Assembly (NCBI GenBank): GCA_020184695.1
Contig: JAANOX010000130.1
Location: 1-64,000 of the forward strand
DNA: 64,000 nucleotides
Source of the DNA: Histomonas meleagridis 2922-C6/04-290x
Lineage: Eukaryota; Protista; Parabasalia
Reading direction: 5' to 3'
In this document: one piece after another, positions 1-10,663 of the stretch
Layout of the letters: each line of letters opens with the position of its first letter
How positions within the stretch are numbered: the stretch's first letter is position 1
Made by a program: the position numbers and the translations under genes
The notes under the pieces: generated by a model
What the model was told of the DNA's origin: nothing
The model's database searches: none
What the model saw: only the letters and a program-made list of their open reading frames with translations

Positions 1-294
1 TACAACATAATTCAAATTATTACAAAGAAGAAAAGCATTTTCACCTATTATTTTTACATTATTTTTGATATCAATAAAACGTAATTCATTACATGACTCA
101 AATGTTCTTTCGGAAATTTCTACAAGACTTAATGGTAGAATGCAAGAAATTATGCTTTCATTCAAATTAAAATATGATTTCATGTACTATTAAAAATATA
201 TAAATACTCAAAAACATAAATTTATCTTAAGTAGAGTATAAAAAGAAAGTTAAATATATTTTATAAGATCGGGATATATTTTATTTTAAAATTT

Positions 295-2258
295 TTAGCT
301 TTTAATTCTAACAAAAATACTCAAAAATTTTTGCTTTTGAAAATCTACATTAATTTTAAGTGTCACCAATGTACAGTTAATGTCTCCAAGCACCACAAAC
401 ACTGATTTTGGTGACTCTGAGCCATGGATTTCGACCGATTTAGTATCACCAGGAAGAATTACATTGGTATTTGGGGTTAACATAACTTTTAAAATGTCCC
501 CATCACAAGGATAAATAACTTTATACCTCTGCCCATGAGATCGAAATTGTTCTTTAATGTGATGGTGGCAAATTTCCCTTTTTGAATGTTAATTAGTATT
601 TTGTCAGCAATAAGCGACGGTTTGCCAAAATTGACATTTCATCAAGTTTACGAAGACGCATGTTTTTGAATTTCTCGAGCTTGGCAGGGTCTTCATCGGG
701 AACCCATATCCTCATCAAACATTGGACTGGACGGTGATCACTAAAACGTGTGGAATTTCTTTGGTATACTTCAATTAATGGATCATCTGGAAATGTGGGT
801 GGGTCACTGTCGGCTGAAAAAGAATCGCTTGAATTATGAAGAATGTTGGGCACAAAATGTTGAACAATATCAGTCTCACAATGTGAGAATGAGTTGCAGA
901 TCCAATGCATCAAGTCGTTTGGGACTGGTTTTAAATAAAACTCGATCAGTGTAAGATGGAGTACGATGCTTGGAAGATGTGTCATAAACATCACTCTCAG
1001 GATCAAATTTGTATGTTGGGAGAAAATTGATTTCATATTCTTTGAGTTTGTTAATTTGAGGATCATTGACTTTAGATTTATAAAATTGGTCATACTCAAG
1101 AAGAGATTTGATGTCATTCTTTTGGATATATTTCATGGCTCTTTCATATGACTCATGTCTGTAAGTTAAAATCACCACATATAAAAGATAATCTGTATCC
1201 GAAGGAGCCCTCCCGAATTAAAGCTTACAAGTTGATGATTCTCTTTGCTTCTACGTTTTCATGAGCGGAAAGATGGCAACCCGCAAATGTCATTAAACAA
1301 TGATGTCCAACTTTCACAGGATATAGTAAAGCACTCTTGTTTGCTGTCATTCCTCTATTCCCTAAACGAACAGCAAGAGGATTACTCACAGTTACATCAA
1401 TTGGTATCGTCTGCTTAACAAGAACCATGAAAAGACCCCCGAGCAGAATTGGGGGTACTCCAAACGATAGGAAAGTTGAAGCATCTTTTTCAATGATTCA
1501 ATGATTTGTTTTTCCCATTCGGATGAAACAACACTATCAATCCTCCAACAGTGGATTTTAAGTTCATCGATATTTCTTGTAACACAACAAATAAGATTTC
1601 TGGTTCTGCCATAAGTATAGAGTCAAATTGATCAGCTGTTTCTGAATTTGGTCTTTTACTACCAACATTCCATGTGAAACAACAAACTCTGATTTGCATA
1701 GGAATAGTAAAATATGGTGCATTAAGAAAATATGACCTTCTTTCCCATGTAGCACATGCTTCTGAATCAGTAAGAACTGGTGTACTCCCACAAACAGCAG
1801 TGGATAAATCACGAAGTTTGATTGAAGGGGGTATTTTTGAAGGATCGATTGCTATCATTGATATAAAATCATAATTTGATGATGTGAATTCATCAATAGG
1901 ATTTTGAGATATTTTTGAACATATTTGAATTTGTGAAATTAACGTTTCTAGAGCTTCTGAGTTTTTTACCTTGAAAAATACGTATTTTTCATAATCAAGA
2001 AAATTTAATAATAAATGGTTCTCATTGTATTGAACATCTATGAGCTTAGAAAGCTTACAAATACATAAGCCCATAGAAGGTGATGATATTTCTAAATAAG
2101 CATTGAAAAGGGAATCACCTTGCAAGAGAATTTCGATTTCAAAAGATTCCGTTGTTTGATAAAGACTAACAGGACACTTACACCAAATTGAGCAACTTTC
2201 TTTTAAGGGCTATTAGCATCTGGTGTGGTGAAAAGCCACCAGAATCGCTTTTCCTCAT
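295..2258 (-). pseudogene. Inositol polyphosphate 5-phosphatase (OCRL/INPP5-type), split by many frameshifts
   Basis: Catalytic motifs appear in order across ORF fragments: FTWNVG...LQEIS (1490-2125), NKSA...CHLSAH (1225-1428), GDFN/YR broken by one extra T near 1165, PTYK...[10 protein letters not shown] (876-1178), FSDHRPV (593-1117). Probable ATG at 2258. Pseudogene versus consensus error is unresolved. Confidence 0.85.
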
Positions 2259-2320
2259 TTATATTTAGCACTTTTCATGCATGATAGAGAAGACGTTTAA
2301 TTTATTTTTTTAATTGTGTG

Positions 2321-2330
2321 CCGTTAACGG
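2321..2330. promoter_or_regulatory. Palindromic Myb-like/M3 element CCGTTAACGG between divergent genes
   Basis: Perfect 10-bp palindrome containing TAACGG on both strands, lying between the 5-phosphatase (-) and PAP2 (+) starts. Resembles the trichomonad M3 core promoter motif. Confidence 0.55.
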
Positions 2331-2466
2331 CGTTTTTTTCCTAGGAAAATAAAGTAACGATAGCTTAGTGAAAAATGTCACTTTCAGCCAGAAAATATTG
2401 AATACTTTTATATTTCAGAAGACACCGTTTAACTGAAGAAATCATCTTAACGGCCATCGCCAAAAG

Positions 2467-3195
2467 ATGCTGATATTGGAAATAATTGTTGCAGTAGCAA
2501 TTCTTACCGTGTCATGCGTTCTCGAATTTCAGCCTATAGAACCCAAATACATTTATCAAGAAACACTTTATATGAGTGCACCAAAGAGAAGAGAATTGAT
2601 TCCCTCATATGGATTACTTGCCATTATTATCATAGTACCAATAATCCTTTTACTTATTGTTTGGCTTTATTTACTTAAAGGTTCTCAATCCATCAAGTGG
2701 TATTTTGAAGCCATTTCTTATTTGGTAATTACTGTTTCACTAGCTGGATTGCTCTGCAGCTGCATCCATCTTTTAATTGGAACACCTCGCCCAGATTCTA
2801 TCGTCCAATGCGGAACAGTCAATGTAACATATGCTGTATGTTCTCAAGTGTTATCTAAATATCAAACATCACAGCAATTCAAGTCATTTCCATCCTTCGA
2901 AGCAGCTATATGTATGGCTGCAGCCGTTTCACTTCTAACATTTTTTGAAATGCCTTCTACATTTTCACCATTTGTCGAAATGATCATTAAAATGATTCCA
3001 ATGACATGGGCCTTATTGGTTAGTACAATAGAAATCGCCATGTCATGCTACAGAATCCAAGACACCATCGCTGGTGCTTTCATTGGTTTTATAGTTGGAA
3101 TGATAACATCAAATGCATTCACAAAATCAATGAATTCGAACCCTGACAGTGAATTTACTGACTCGAGCAAAGCACTTAGTGCAAAGATATATTAG
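2467..3195 (+). CDS. PAP2/lipid phosphate phosphatase-like multi-pass membrane protein with degenerate active site
   Basis: About six hydrophobic segments. LIGTPRPD (C1 motif), KSFPSFEA (C2, lacks SGH), and the C3 region lacks the SRxxxxxH motif. Confidence 0.75.
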   Translation: MLILEIIVAVAILTVSCVLEFQPIEPKYIYQETLYMSAPKRRELIPSYGLLAIIIIVPIILLLIVWLYLLKGSQSIKWYFEAISYLVITVSLAGLLCSCIHLLIGTPRPDSIVQCGTVNVTYAVCSQVLSKYQTSQQFKSFPSFEAAICMAAAVSLLTFFEMPSTFSPFVEMIIKMIPMTWALLVSTIEIAMSCYRIQDTIAGAFIGFIVGMITSNAFTKSMNSNPDSEFTDSSKALSAKIY

Positions 3196-3419
3196 TCTGA
3201 TAATATCTAAATCAATAATTTTTATTTTTTGTTTGATGAAAAATCATAAATCGATTTTTTCTTTATATATAGAAATAATAATTCCTTTTGAAGTTCTTTA
3301 TTTTTTGATATAAAATAATAAGTTGAATATGGTTATCAAGAATAATTTATGAATATCATATATTAATTCAGCAGTGAATGGAGGAAAACGTTTAAGTAAA
3401 AGACCGTTTAGCTCAAATC

Positions 3420-4859
3420 TTGAAATCCTCAGTTGCACAACTCATTTCCATCATCTTTTTTTTGTATTTATTAATTGGTCTTATAAACATTGCACAATTT
3501 TTTGCAATCACAAATGTAGTTAACAAATCGGATACTTTTTTACAGAATCAAACAAATCATTTTCCTGTTCGAGTTGCTGGTTCTAAATTTTTATTTCAAC
3601 TTCCAGACTCTGGTTCAAACTATTCTTTCCGAATTATAGCAAATGGAGGAATAGCGTATGACTCATTAAATCGGTTTTGCCTTAATCAAAAATGTTCATT
3701 ACCACTAATTTTTGGTGGCTTACAAAAAATAGATATACTTTCCAATCAAACAATAATCTCATCAACTGAAATCAATTCATCTGAAAATCGTTTTTTCTGT
3801 TTTAATGGTAGCTGGGAACGTCGCATTTGTCGTTTCCACGATATTTGCTTTGATGGTGATGTTCTCACCTTTAATTCTCCATATTACATCAAAGTTGATT
3901 CACCATTTCTTGTTTTAGGAGGGCGTCCTCCACCATACGACAAGAAGCGTGATCGTGTAAACTCCATAAATATTAATGTTAGTAATATTACCATACCAAA
4001 TTCACGAAATGTTATTTCGAATACCACTTTTTATTCATCCACCTATTACAACACCCATATGTTATGGCATCAGCTCTTTGATTATTTTCTCCCATTGTTT
4101 TACACGATGTTATTAATTCCAAATCAAACATCAAGCGTTAACGTTCTCATTCCCAAAACATCAGAAAATCCGAGTTCAACATTCACCAATTTAATTTCAT
4201 ATAAGAAGACGCGAATTCAAAGTGGCCTATGTTATAATGATTTAATTGTTGGGCTTTATAAAAACAAAGACATTTCTGGTCAAAACTATGAATTTCCACA
4301 TAATTTTACTTATTTATTACAGCCGTCACTACTTAAGCAATTTAACATTAGTCAACGAGATAAAGACAAAAAGCCATTAATGTTATTTGTTGGAAGGAAA
4401 ACTACTAAACGAATAATAACCAATTTTAATGATGTTTTAAAAATGCTTAAAGAAACATTTAATGAATTTGAAGTTCTTCCGATTTATTTTGAAGAACTTG
4501 AAATGAGGAAACAAATCGAAGCAGTCTTTCATTCGTCAGTTTTAATTGGTGTACATGGAAGCGGACTTGCACATTTGGCTTGGATGAGACCGAATACAAA
4601 ACTTGTGGAAATATTTCCATATAAATTTCATTGTAGAGATTGGTACGAAAAGGCTTCGGTCGTTTCAGGTATAAAATATTATAAATATTTCCCTTTAAAT
4701 ATGAGCGAATCACCAAACGCAAATGAAAAAGTAAAAAATTGTTGGAAACAGCCAAATAAATGTAATGGGGAATGCTTGGAATGGTTGAGAGACCAAAATA
4801 TAGAAATTAACATAGAGATGTTCAAAAGTTTGATAAAAAATGTTACAAGAAAATTTTGA
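3420..4859 (+). CDS. Glycosyltransferase family 61 (DUF563; EOGT/POMGNT2-like), type II membrane protein
   Basis: N-terminal signal anchor and C-terminal QIEAVFHSSVLIGVHGSGLAHLAWMRPNTKLVEIFP motif. Start is uncertain: the in-frame ATG at 3378 is followed by TAA at 3393. Confidence 0.8.
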   Translation: MKSSVAQLISIIFFLYLLIGLINIAQFFAITNVVNKSDTFLQNQTNHFPVRVAGSKFLFQLPDSGSNYSFRIIANGGIAYDSLNRFCLNQKCSLPLIFGGLQKIDILSNQTIISSTEINSSENRFFCFNGSWERRICRFHDICFDGDVLTFNSPYYIKVDSPFLVLGGRPPPYDKKRDRVNSININVSNITIPNSRNVISNTTFYSSTYYNTHMLWHQLFDYFLPLFYTMLLIPNQTSSVNVLIPKTSENPSSTFTNLISYKKTRIQSGLCYNDLIVGLYKNKDISGQNYEFPHNFTYLLQPSLLKQFNISQRDKDKKPLMLFVGRKTTKRIITNFNDVLKMLKETFNEFEVLPIYFEELEMRKQIEAVFHSSVLIGVHGSGLAHLAWMRPNTKLVEIFPYKFHCRDWYEKASVVSGIKYYKYFPLNMSESPNANEKVKNCWKQPNKCNGECLEWLRDQNIEINIEMFKSLIKNVTRKF

Positions 4860-5229
4860 TTAACCAAAAATTATTGTTTGCTATCATGTTTTGTTTAATA
4901 AATATATATTTGTACTTATTTATATATTCTTCTCATAAAAATGAAAGATTTTCACACTCACCTTGCCTTACTTTAAAATCCAAATGCAATAAATGCTTTA
5001 CGTTGTCATGCTTTAATAAAAAGAACATATCCATCAAAGCCACAAATTCTATTATACTAAAAATTAATGAATCGAATCCATTAAATATCAGCACAAGAAG
5101 ATGTCATTCCCCTTTGTTGGAGTTACCGATTTCATATGTTAAACATTATTTCCAATTCTTTTCTTTAGGGTTATAGCATTCCAAATATTTCATTTTCAGG
5201 ATGGCCATCAGATATTTCAGTCAATTTTG

Positions 5230-6018
5230 GTAATTCTATATCATATATTGGAAATTCTGTGTTTTCGTCATGTTCACATTTAAAGACGATTATTTTTGGT
5301 GGTGAAAGTGTATTCAGCATTTTCATTGTGTTCATCAATCAAAAACATCACAATTCCAAATTCAATTACAATGATTGGAAATTCAGCATTTTCGTTATGT
5401 TCTAATTTAAGGATATTAATACTTGGATATGGAATAGTTGAAATTGGAGAATCAGCATTTGGTAATTGTCATACACTTGAACGTATTTATTATTATGGAA
5501 CTAAAGAACCAAATATTGGCGAAAATGCATTTTCTAATGTTACAACAACAGTTATAACATGTCCGACATATATCGGAAGTAACTTTGGGGAATTAAATGT
5601 TAACGAATCATATGTAGAAGGAAATTGCGAACCAATTTCAACACTTTCATTTTTAGCATCACATACATTCAGTCAAAGTAAAACATTTAATGAGTCATTT
5701 CAAAATGATTTAACGAAATCTTTTTCATATTTATTAACAATCACATTGTCAATTACACATTTGTTTACTTATTATGAAACACAAACAAAAACAATTACAT
5801 TAATTACATTTAATTCATCGTATATTCATATCGAAACAGAACTTATTTATGATGATTACACTGTTATTATTTATTCGACATATTATAATTATTATTGGAA
5901 TTTCTTTACATTGATTTATGATAATGAAATTCAACCAAAAGATAATAAAACAACAATTATCATAATAATTGTTTGCGTTATTGTGATTATTATCAAAATG
6001 ATACATTTGGAAATATGA
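5230..6018 (+). pseudogene. BspA-like (LRR_5) surface protein fragment A
   Basis: Repeats IGNSAFSLCSNLRILILG / IGESAFGNCHTLERIYY, followed by an S/T/F stalk and a truncated TM. A frameshift lies near 5300 and there is no intact 5' end. Confidence 0.8.
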
Positions 6019-6230
6019 ATATTACTAAGGGAACAACACTTGACGAATGTCTTTCGCCAACACTCACATTCATCATATCAAACACATTTATCAAATCAAA
6101 TACATTTACGAAATCAAAAAATAATTTTAATTCAAATACTTATTTAATGAATTTTTCTTTTGTTAATACTTATACTTTAACTTATTCTTTATCTTTTATC
6201 AAAACTTTACCAATTTATCATTATACTTTC
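5988..6230 (+). pseudogene. BspA-like stalk fragment B
   Basis: YQNDTFGNMNITKGTTLDEC...SNTFIKSNTFTKS is the post-LRR/stalk segment seen in fragment A, fused out of frame to A's TM. Confidence 0.6.
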
Positions 6231-6735
6231 TTAAAATCTTATTTTCTCATTTTCTGTGTTGATATTGTTATCGATTTCATTTCCATTTTCTTGATAACTT
6301 AAAATACTATTTCTTTTAGTTTGATGATGGCGAATTAAAAAGAGAATAAGAAGTGAAATAAATAAAATAATTATAACACAAACAATTACAACATTAATAA
6401 CTTCATTATTAATAAATGCATAAAAAGAGGAATAATATGTAATATATGATATAAACATGATAAATTTCTTTTCAATGTAAGAATCAAAAGAGTTAAACAT
6501 CGAGGGAGCAATAATATTTGAAAATAGTATTGGAAATAACTGTTTGTGCAATTGTATGTGTTAAAATCAAGGTTTGAATAAATGTTACACCAAATTGTGA
6601 TGATTCTGTAAATATATTTGATTTAGAAAATATATTTGATTGTGTAAATGTATGTGTTGTTCAGACATATAAAGAACATTCTTCAACTAATGTGACTTTT
6701 CGATACATTATGTTCACCAAATGTTGTTTTTCATA
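6231..6735 (-). pseudogene. BspA-like stalk+TM+tail fragment C
   Basis: Minus strand reads TFGEHNVSK..LVEECSLYV*TTHTFTQSNIFSKSNIFTES (stop plus frameshifts), then TM VINVVIVCVIIILFISLLILFLI and a cytosolic tail. Confidence 0.65.
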
Positions 6736-7029
6736 AAACAATGAAGAAAAAGTGCCTTTTGACCGTTAAGAACAAAAGAAAAATATTGTTTTTCTACTGA
6801 GAAAACGTGTAAACACGTGGTTGGTTTGGCTTCACAGGACCAACGCAGGTGTTGAGAACAGAATTTGATTCTATTGGTGAGGATCCATAGAACCCATTGC
6901 CATACAAAACCGTTGAGCAAAAAATAAACGTACATTAACGTGCTCTTTAAGAATGTTTAACGTTTTCCTCATGCCCAAGGTTCGGATTACAGACGCCAAT
7001 TTTTTTATTTTTAGAATTTGAAAACAAAT

Positions 7030-7056
7030 GGCGGTTTTGGCCCTTCCTTTTCATCG
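7030..7056 (+). promoter_or_regulatory. Core promoter of RPL7 (M3-like GGCGGTTT, M5-like CCTTT, Inr-like TCA)
   Basis: GGCGGTTTTGGCCCTTCCTTTTCATCG lies immediately before ATG 7057 and matches described trichomonad core promoter elements. Confidence 0.6.
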
Positions 7057-7776
7057 ATGTCGAAGCCATTACCAGAGACACTTCGAAAGATTCAAGAACG
7101 CAAACAAAAAGAATCTGCCGAATATACAAAGAAACGCGATGCACTCGCTCAAGAAGCTCAAGCACGTGCTCAACGCATTTTGGAACGTTCCAAACAATAC
7201 GCCCAAGAACTTGTTGATAAAGAAAAGGCCATCATCGAAGCCAAGAACAAGGCAGCTGCCGAAGGTGCTTTCTATGTTCCAGCAGAAGCCAAGGTCGCTC
7301 TTGTTATCCGTATCCGTGGTCTTAACGGAATTGATCCAAGAACACGCAAGATCCTCCAACTCTTCCGCCTTCGTCAAAGACTCAATGCTGTTTTCATTCG
7401 CATCAACAAGGCAACTCTTGAAATGCTCAAACGTGTCGAATCATATGTTGCTTATGGCTATCCATCACCAGAGGTTGTCCGCCAACTCATCTTCAAACGC
7501 GGTTATGCTGCAGTCAATGGCCAACGTCTTCCACTTACAACTAATGATATTGTTTATGCCACATTAGGAAAGTTTGGTATTGAATCAGTTGAAGATGTTG
7601 CACACGAAATCTACACATGCGGTCCAAACTTCACTGTTGCCAACAGGTTCCTTTGGCCATTCCAACTTAACACACCAAAGGGTGGATTCCGTCAACCACG
7701 TCGTCATTATGTTGAAGGTGGTGACTACGGCAACCGTGAAAACCTCATCGATAACCTCGTTCTCAGAATGATCTAA
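7057..7776 (+). CDS. RPL7: 60S ribosomal protein L7 (uL30)
   Basis: GAFYVPAEAKVALVIRIRG...NRFLWPFQLNTPKGG...GGDYGNRE. Strong codon bias. ATG at 7057. Confidence 0.97.
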   Translation: MSKPLPETLRKIQERKQKESAEYTKKRDALAQEAQARAQRILERSKQYAQELVDKEKAIIEAKNKAAAEGAFYVPAEAKVALVIRIRGLNGIDPRTRKILQLFRLRQRLNAVFIRINKATLEMLKRVESYVAYGYPSPEVVRQLIFKRGYAAVNGQRLPLTTNDIVYATLGKFGIESVEDVAHEIYTCGPNFTVANRFLWPFQLNTPKGGFRQPRRHYVEGGDYGNRENLIDNLVLRMI

Positions 7777-8106
7777 AAAATTCAAATCACACCATTTCCA
7801 ACTTTTTGGAAAATTCATTTGTTTTTCCTTTCTACATCAATTTAAATTTGTCTTTTTTAATGAATTTTTTATAATGAACAAAATTTGTTGGATAAATTTA
7901 TCGAAAATTTTTCTATTAAAATTCGTACAATTTATTTAAACTTTAATTATTTTTTATGTTTCAGGCAAATTAATAATTTTATATATTCCTTTTGAAATAG
8001 TTGGTTCATTCGGAATGGATATCTTGGATTTGACGACGAACTGTTTAATGTATCCATTTGCTAAAAATTAATTTATTTGTTCATTTGTGAAGTTGGATAA
8101 TAACTC

Positions 8107-8573
8107 ATGGAAAATCCGTCTTTGTTTCTTCTTGTCATTTTTGCTTATGAGCAACAAAGGAAACAACAAAAGACAAAACCAAGTGAATCAAAGTATAAAC
8201 TCCATGGAGCTAATCCTCCTCAAGTTATAAATCCAGTTTTCAAGCTATGGATCCTGGTCAGATATTAGCTAATCTTAATATGGAGGTGTTCAACCTTAAT
8301 TTCCAAATAATGAATCTAAATTCGCAAATAATGAGCTTCAGCCAGCAAATTATGCAGATCAACCCTCAGAATCAACAATTAGAAAATCCACAAATGCAGC
8401 AAAATCAACCAAATTTTCCTTATCAACAAATGATGTAACCAAACCAGCCAAATCTTCTTTATCAGCAACAAATGCAACAGAACCAACAGCCAAATGTTCC
8501 TTTCCAACAACAAATGAACCCTAACCAAATGCATCAAATCCAACCATCAATACCTCCACCAAGCAACAACTAA
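8107..8573 (+). pseudogene. Disrupted Gln/Pro/Asn-rich low-complexity gene
   Basis: Q/P/N-rich frame 8247-8438 continues in frame past TAA 8436 (PNQPNLLYQQQMQQNQQP...) to TAA 8571. There is an upstream frameshift near 8240. Confidence 0.45.
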
Positions 8574-9001
8574 ATACATCAGTAAACAAAAGATACCTAA
8601 TTTTTACATGTGTTATAAATCAGAAAATTTGCTAATTTTTGAAAAATGATGAATGATAATGTTCTTATTTTTGTTTTAAAGTTGTTTACAACTTTCCTGA
8701 AATTTATCTTTTGATTAGTTAAGGAACAATTTTCATTTTGCTGTTGAAATATTTTTTCACGAAAGAAATTAACGTATGAAAGACGTTAAGTCACTTCAAT
8801 TATCGTACTTTTCATCCTCCCAAATCTATATGATCTTAAAAGAATACAACATAAATTTGTTGTCTTTTATGTTCATAAATTTCTTACTTCGAATAGGTGT
8901 GTAGTTAATCAATTGTTTTAATTAATATTATCAAGAACTCTCAAGAAATGATTTTGCAAAACCATTTGAAAAAGCAGTTTATTTCAAAATTGACAAAGCA
9001 A

Positions 9002-10075
9002 ATGTCTGAATCGATAAAAGAAGAGCTTACAAACGAAGACGTCAATGTTCGTCTCAACGCCATTTCAAAAATATCTACTATTCCAGAACCTAATCGTGCT
9101 GAGATTTTCAATCTTGTTATAAACGATTTTAATCATGAAGTTCGTGAAGCAGCAGCCAATCAAATTTGTTTATGTCCATCCTGCTACAAAATCTTCCTTT
9201 TAGATCCAGACCCAAAGGTTAGAATTGCAATCATAAAGCATTCTATAGATATTCGTAAAGCCCTCCAAAATGATGAAGAATTCTTCAAATCATTCGAAGC
9301 TCTTCAAAATGATTCAGTTGCTGATGTACGTAGGACATTTGCTTCCATTCTATCTGATCATGCAAAAGCTGATTTTGGTGATAAAGAAAAGGTTATTCCA
9401 AAGATAGTCCAACTTATTGAGCGTCTTCTTTCTGACCGCCATGATGATGTTCGTGTTGCAGCATCTTTAAATGTCAAACAACTTACCATTCAATTTGGAT
9501 TTGATTTTGTATTCGAACAACTTTACAATTCCCTCCATAAGATGCTCACTGACACACAATGGCGAGTTCGAAACAACGCTGTTGAGCTTTTATTCGGTTT
9601 AGCCATAGTATGCAATTCAGATTTTTTCGATCAGAATCTTTTCCCATTTCTCATGCAATTTCTTACTGATCAATGTTACAAAGTCCGCGAGTTTGCACTT
9701 AAGGCGTTACCAACACTTGTATCACACTTTGGTGTCGAATGGCTTAAATCGAAATTAATTGTCGAACTTCAAACTCTTGCGCAATCACAGAACTTTTTGC
9801 AACGCGAAACTTATTTGTATTGCATTTCCGCCCTCGTAAGCTTCTTCCCAGTTCAATATCAATCAAATTATGTTTTTCAACCAATGATCAGAATGTTACG
9901 CGACCCCGTCCAAAACGTCGTTTTGCTTGCCATAGAGCTACTCCAGAAGCACAAAGAGTCAATACATCCATTCAGAAGGCAATATGAATTGAAACCAATT
10001 TTGGAAAATTTGGTCGAATCGTCTCCGCAAACAGTCAAAGAACACGCAAACGCTTTTCTAGCGGAATGCCAATAA
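9002..10075 (+). CDS. HEAT-repeat protein, short PP2A scaffold (A/PR65) subunit-like
   Basis: ELTNEDVNVRLNAI (HEAT1-like), DTQWRVR, DQCYKVRE..L..L...FG.EW, NFLQRET.L..I, RMLRDPVQNV. Only ~357 aa. Confidence 0.8.
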   Translation: MSESIKEELTNEDVNVRLNAISKISTIPEPNRAEIFNLVINDFNHEVREAAANQICLCPSCYKIFLLDPDPKVRIAIIKHSIDIRKALQNDEEFFKSFEALQNDSVADVRRTFASILSDHAKADFGDKEKVIPKIVQLIERLLSDRHDDVRVAASLNVKQLTIQFGFDFVFEQLYNSLHKMLTDTQWRVRNNAVELLFGLAIVCNSDFFDQNLFPFLMQFLTDQCYKVREFALKALPTLVSHFGVEWLKSKLIVELQTLAQSQNFLQRETYLYCISALVSFFPVQYQSNYVFQPMIRMLRDPVQNVVLLAIELLQKHKESIHPFRRQYELKPILENLVESSPQTVKEHANAFLAECQ

Positions 10076-10241
10076 AAATTAGCAAAGGATTATTTTGTGA
10101 ATTTGAGGAAAATAATTGATGTTACATAGCTGCTTTTGAAGTCATTGTAAAAATTCCACTTTCGCTATGTCATTTATATTTGAAACTCTAAATTCCACTT
10201 CAGGAAATTTGGAATTGGCTGTGTTTATTAAAAAGTGACAA

Positions 10242-10637
10242 ATGTTTCCATCCACAGCAACTTTTGGTCAAAATACAAGTCAATTGTCGAATCCGCAAAG
10301 TCAAGCGCCGCGTCCAAACGCCAATGCCTGGTATAACGGGAGTAGCAATGATCAACAATCAAACAAGATTATTTTTGGAAGTCCAAAACCAAAAGAAACT
10401 CAATTAAAAGAAGAACGATTTAATAAATTCAAGGAGATAATTCTACCTTGCCTTCAGAAAGATCTACCAGAGAATGCTCCTTTTGATGAGATTATAGAAG
10501 ATCTTTATCGTTACATTCCAGAAAATCTTAAAGAGCCCAACAAAACACCTCTTATTCACACAGTGTTTGGCGAAGTCACTCCAGCAATGTATGCACAAAT
10601 CCAACAATTTGTAAATAACAATAAAATTAATAAATAA
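10242..10637 (+). CDS. Hypothetical protein (131 aa)
   Basis: ATG-initiated ORF with protein-like composition, ending TAAA. No family recognised. Confidence 0.65.
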   Translation: MFPSTATFGQNTSQLSNPQSQAPRPNANAWYNGSSNDQQSNKIIFGSPKPKETQLKEERFNKFKEIILPCLQKDLPENAPFDEIIEDLYRYIPENLKEPNKTPLIHTVFGEVTPAMYAQIQQFVNNNKINK

Positions 10638-10663
10638 AAAAGTATCTAAACATTAAACAACAC

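Noticed and set aside
4856-5176. 106-aa ORF overlapping the GT61 stop
   Set aside because: No recognisable domain and AT-rich composition. Likely spurious or part of the adjacent decayed region.
3393-8438. UAA reassigned to Gln (in-frame TAA at 3393 and 8436)
   Set aside because: Conserved genes (RPL7, RPL19, H4, VMA7, Sir2) end at TAA at their expected C-termini, and long ORFs contain no internal TAA. Two isolated cases fit point mutation or error.
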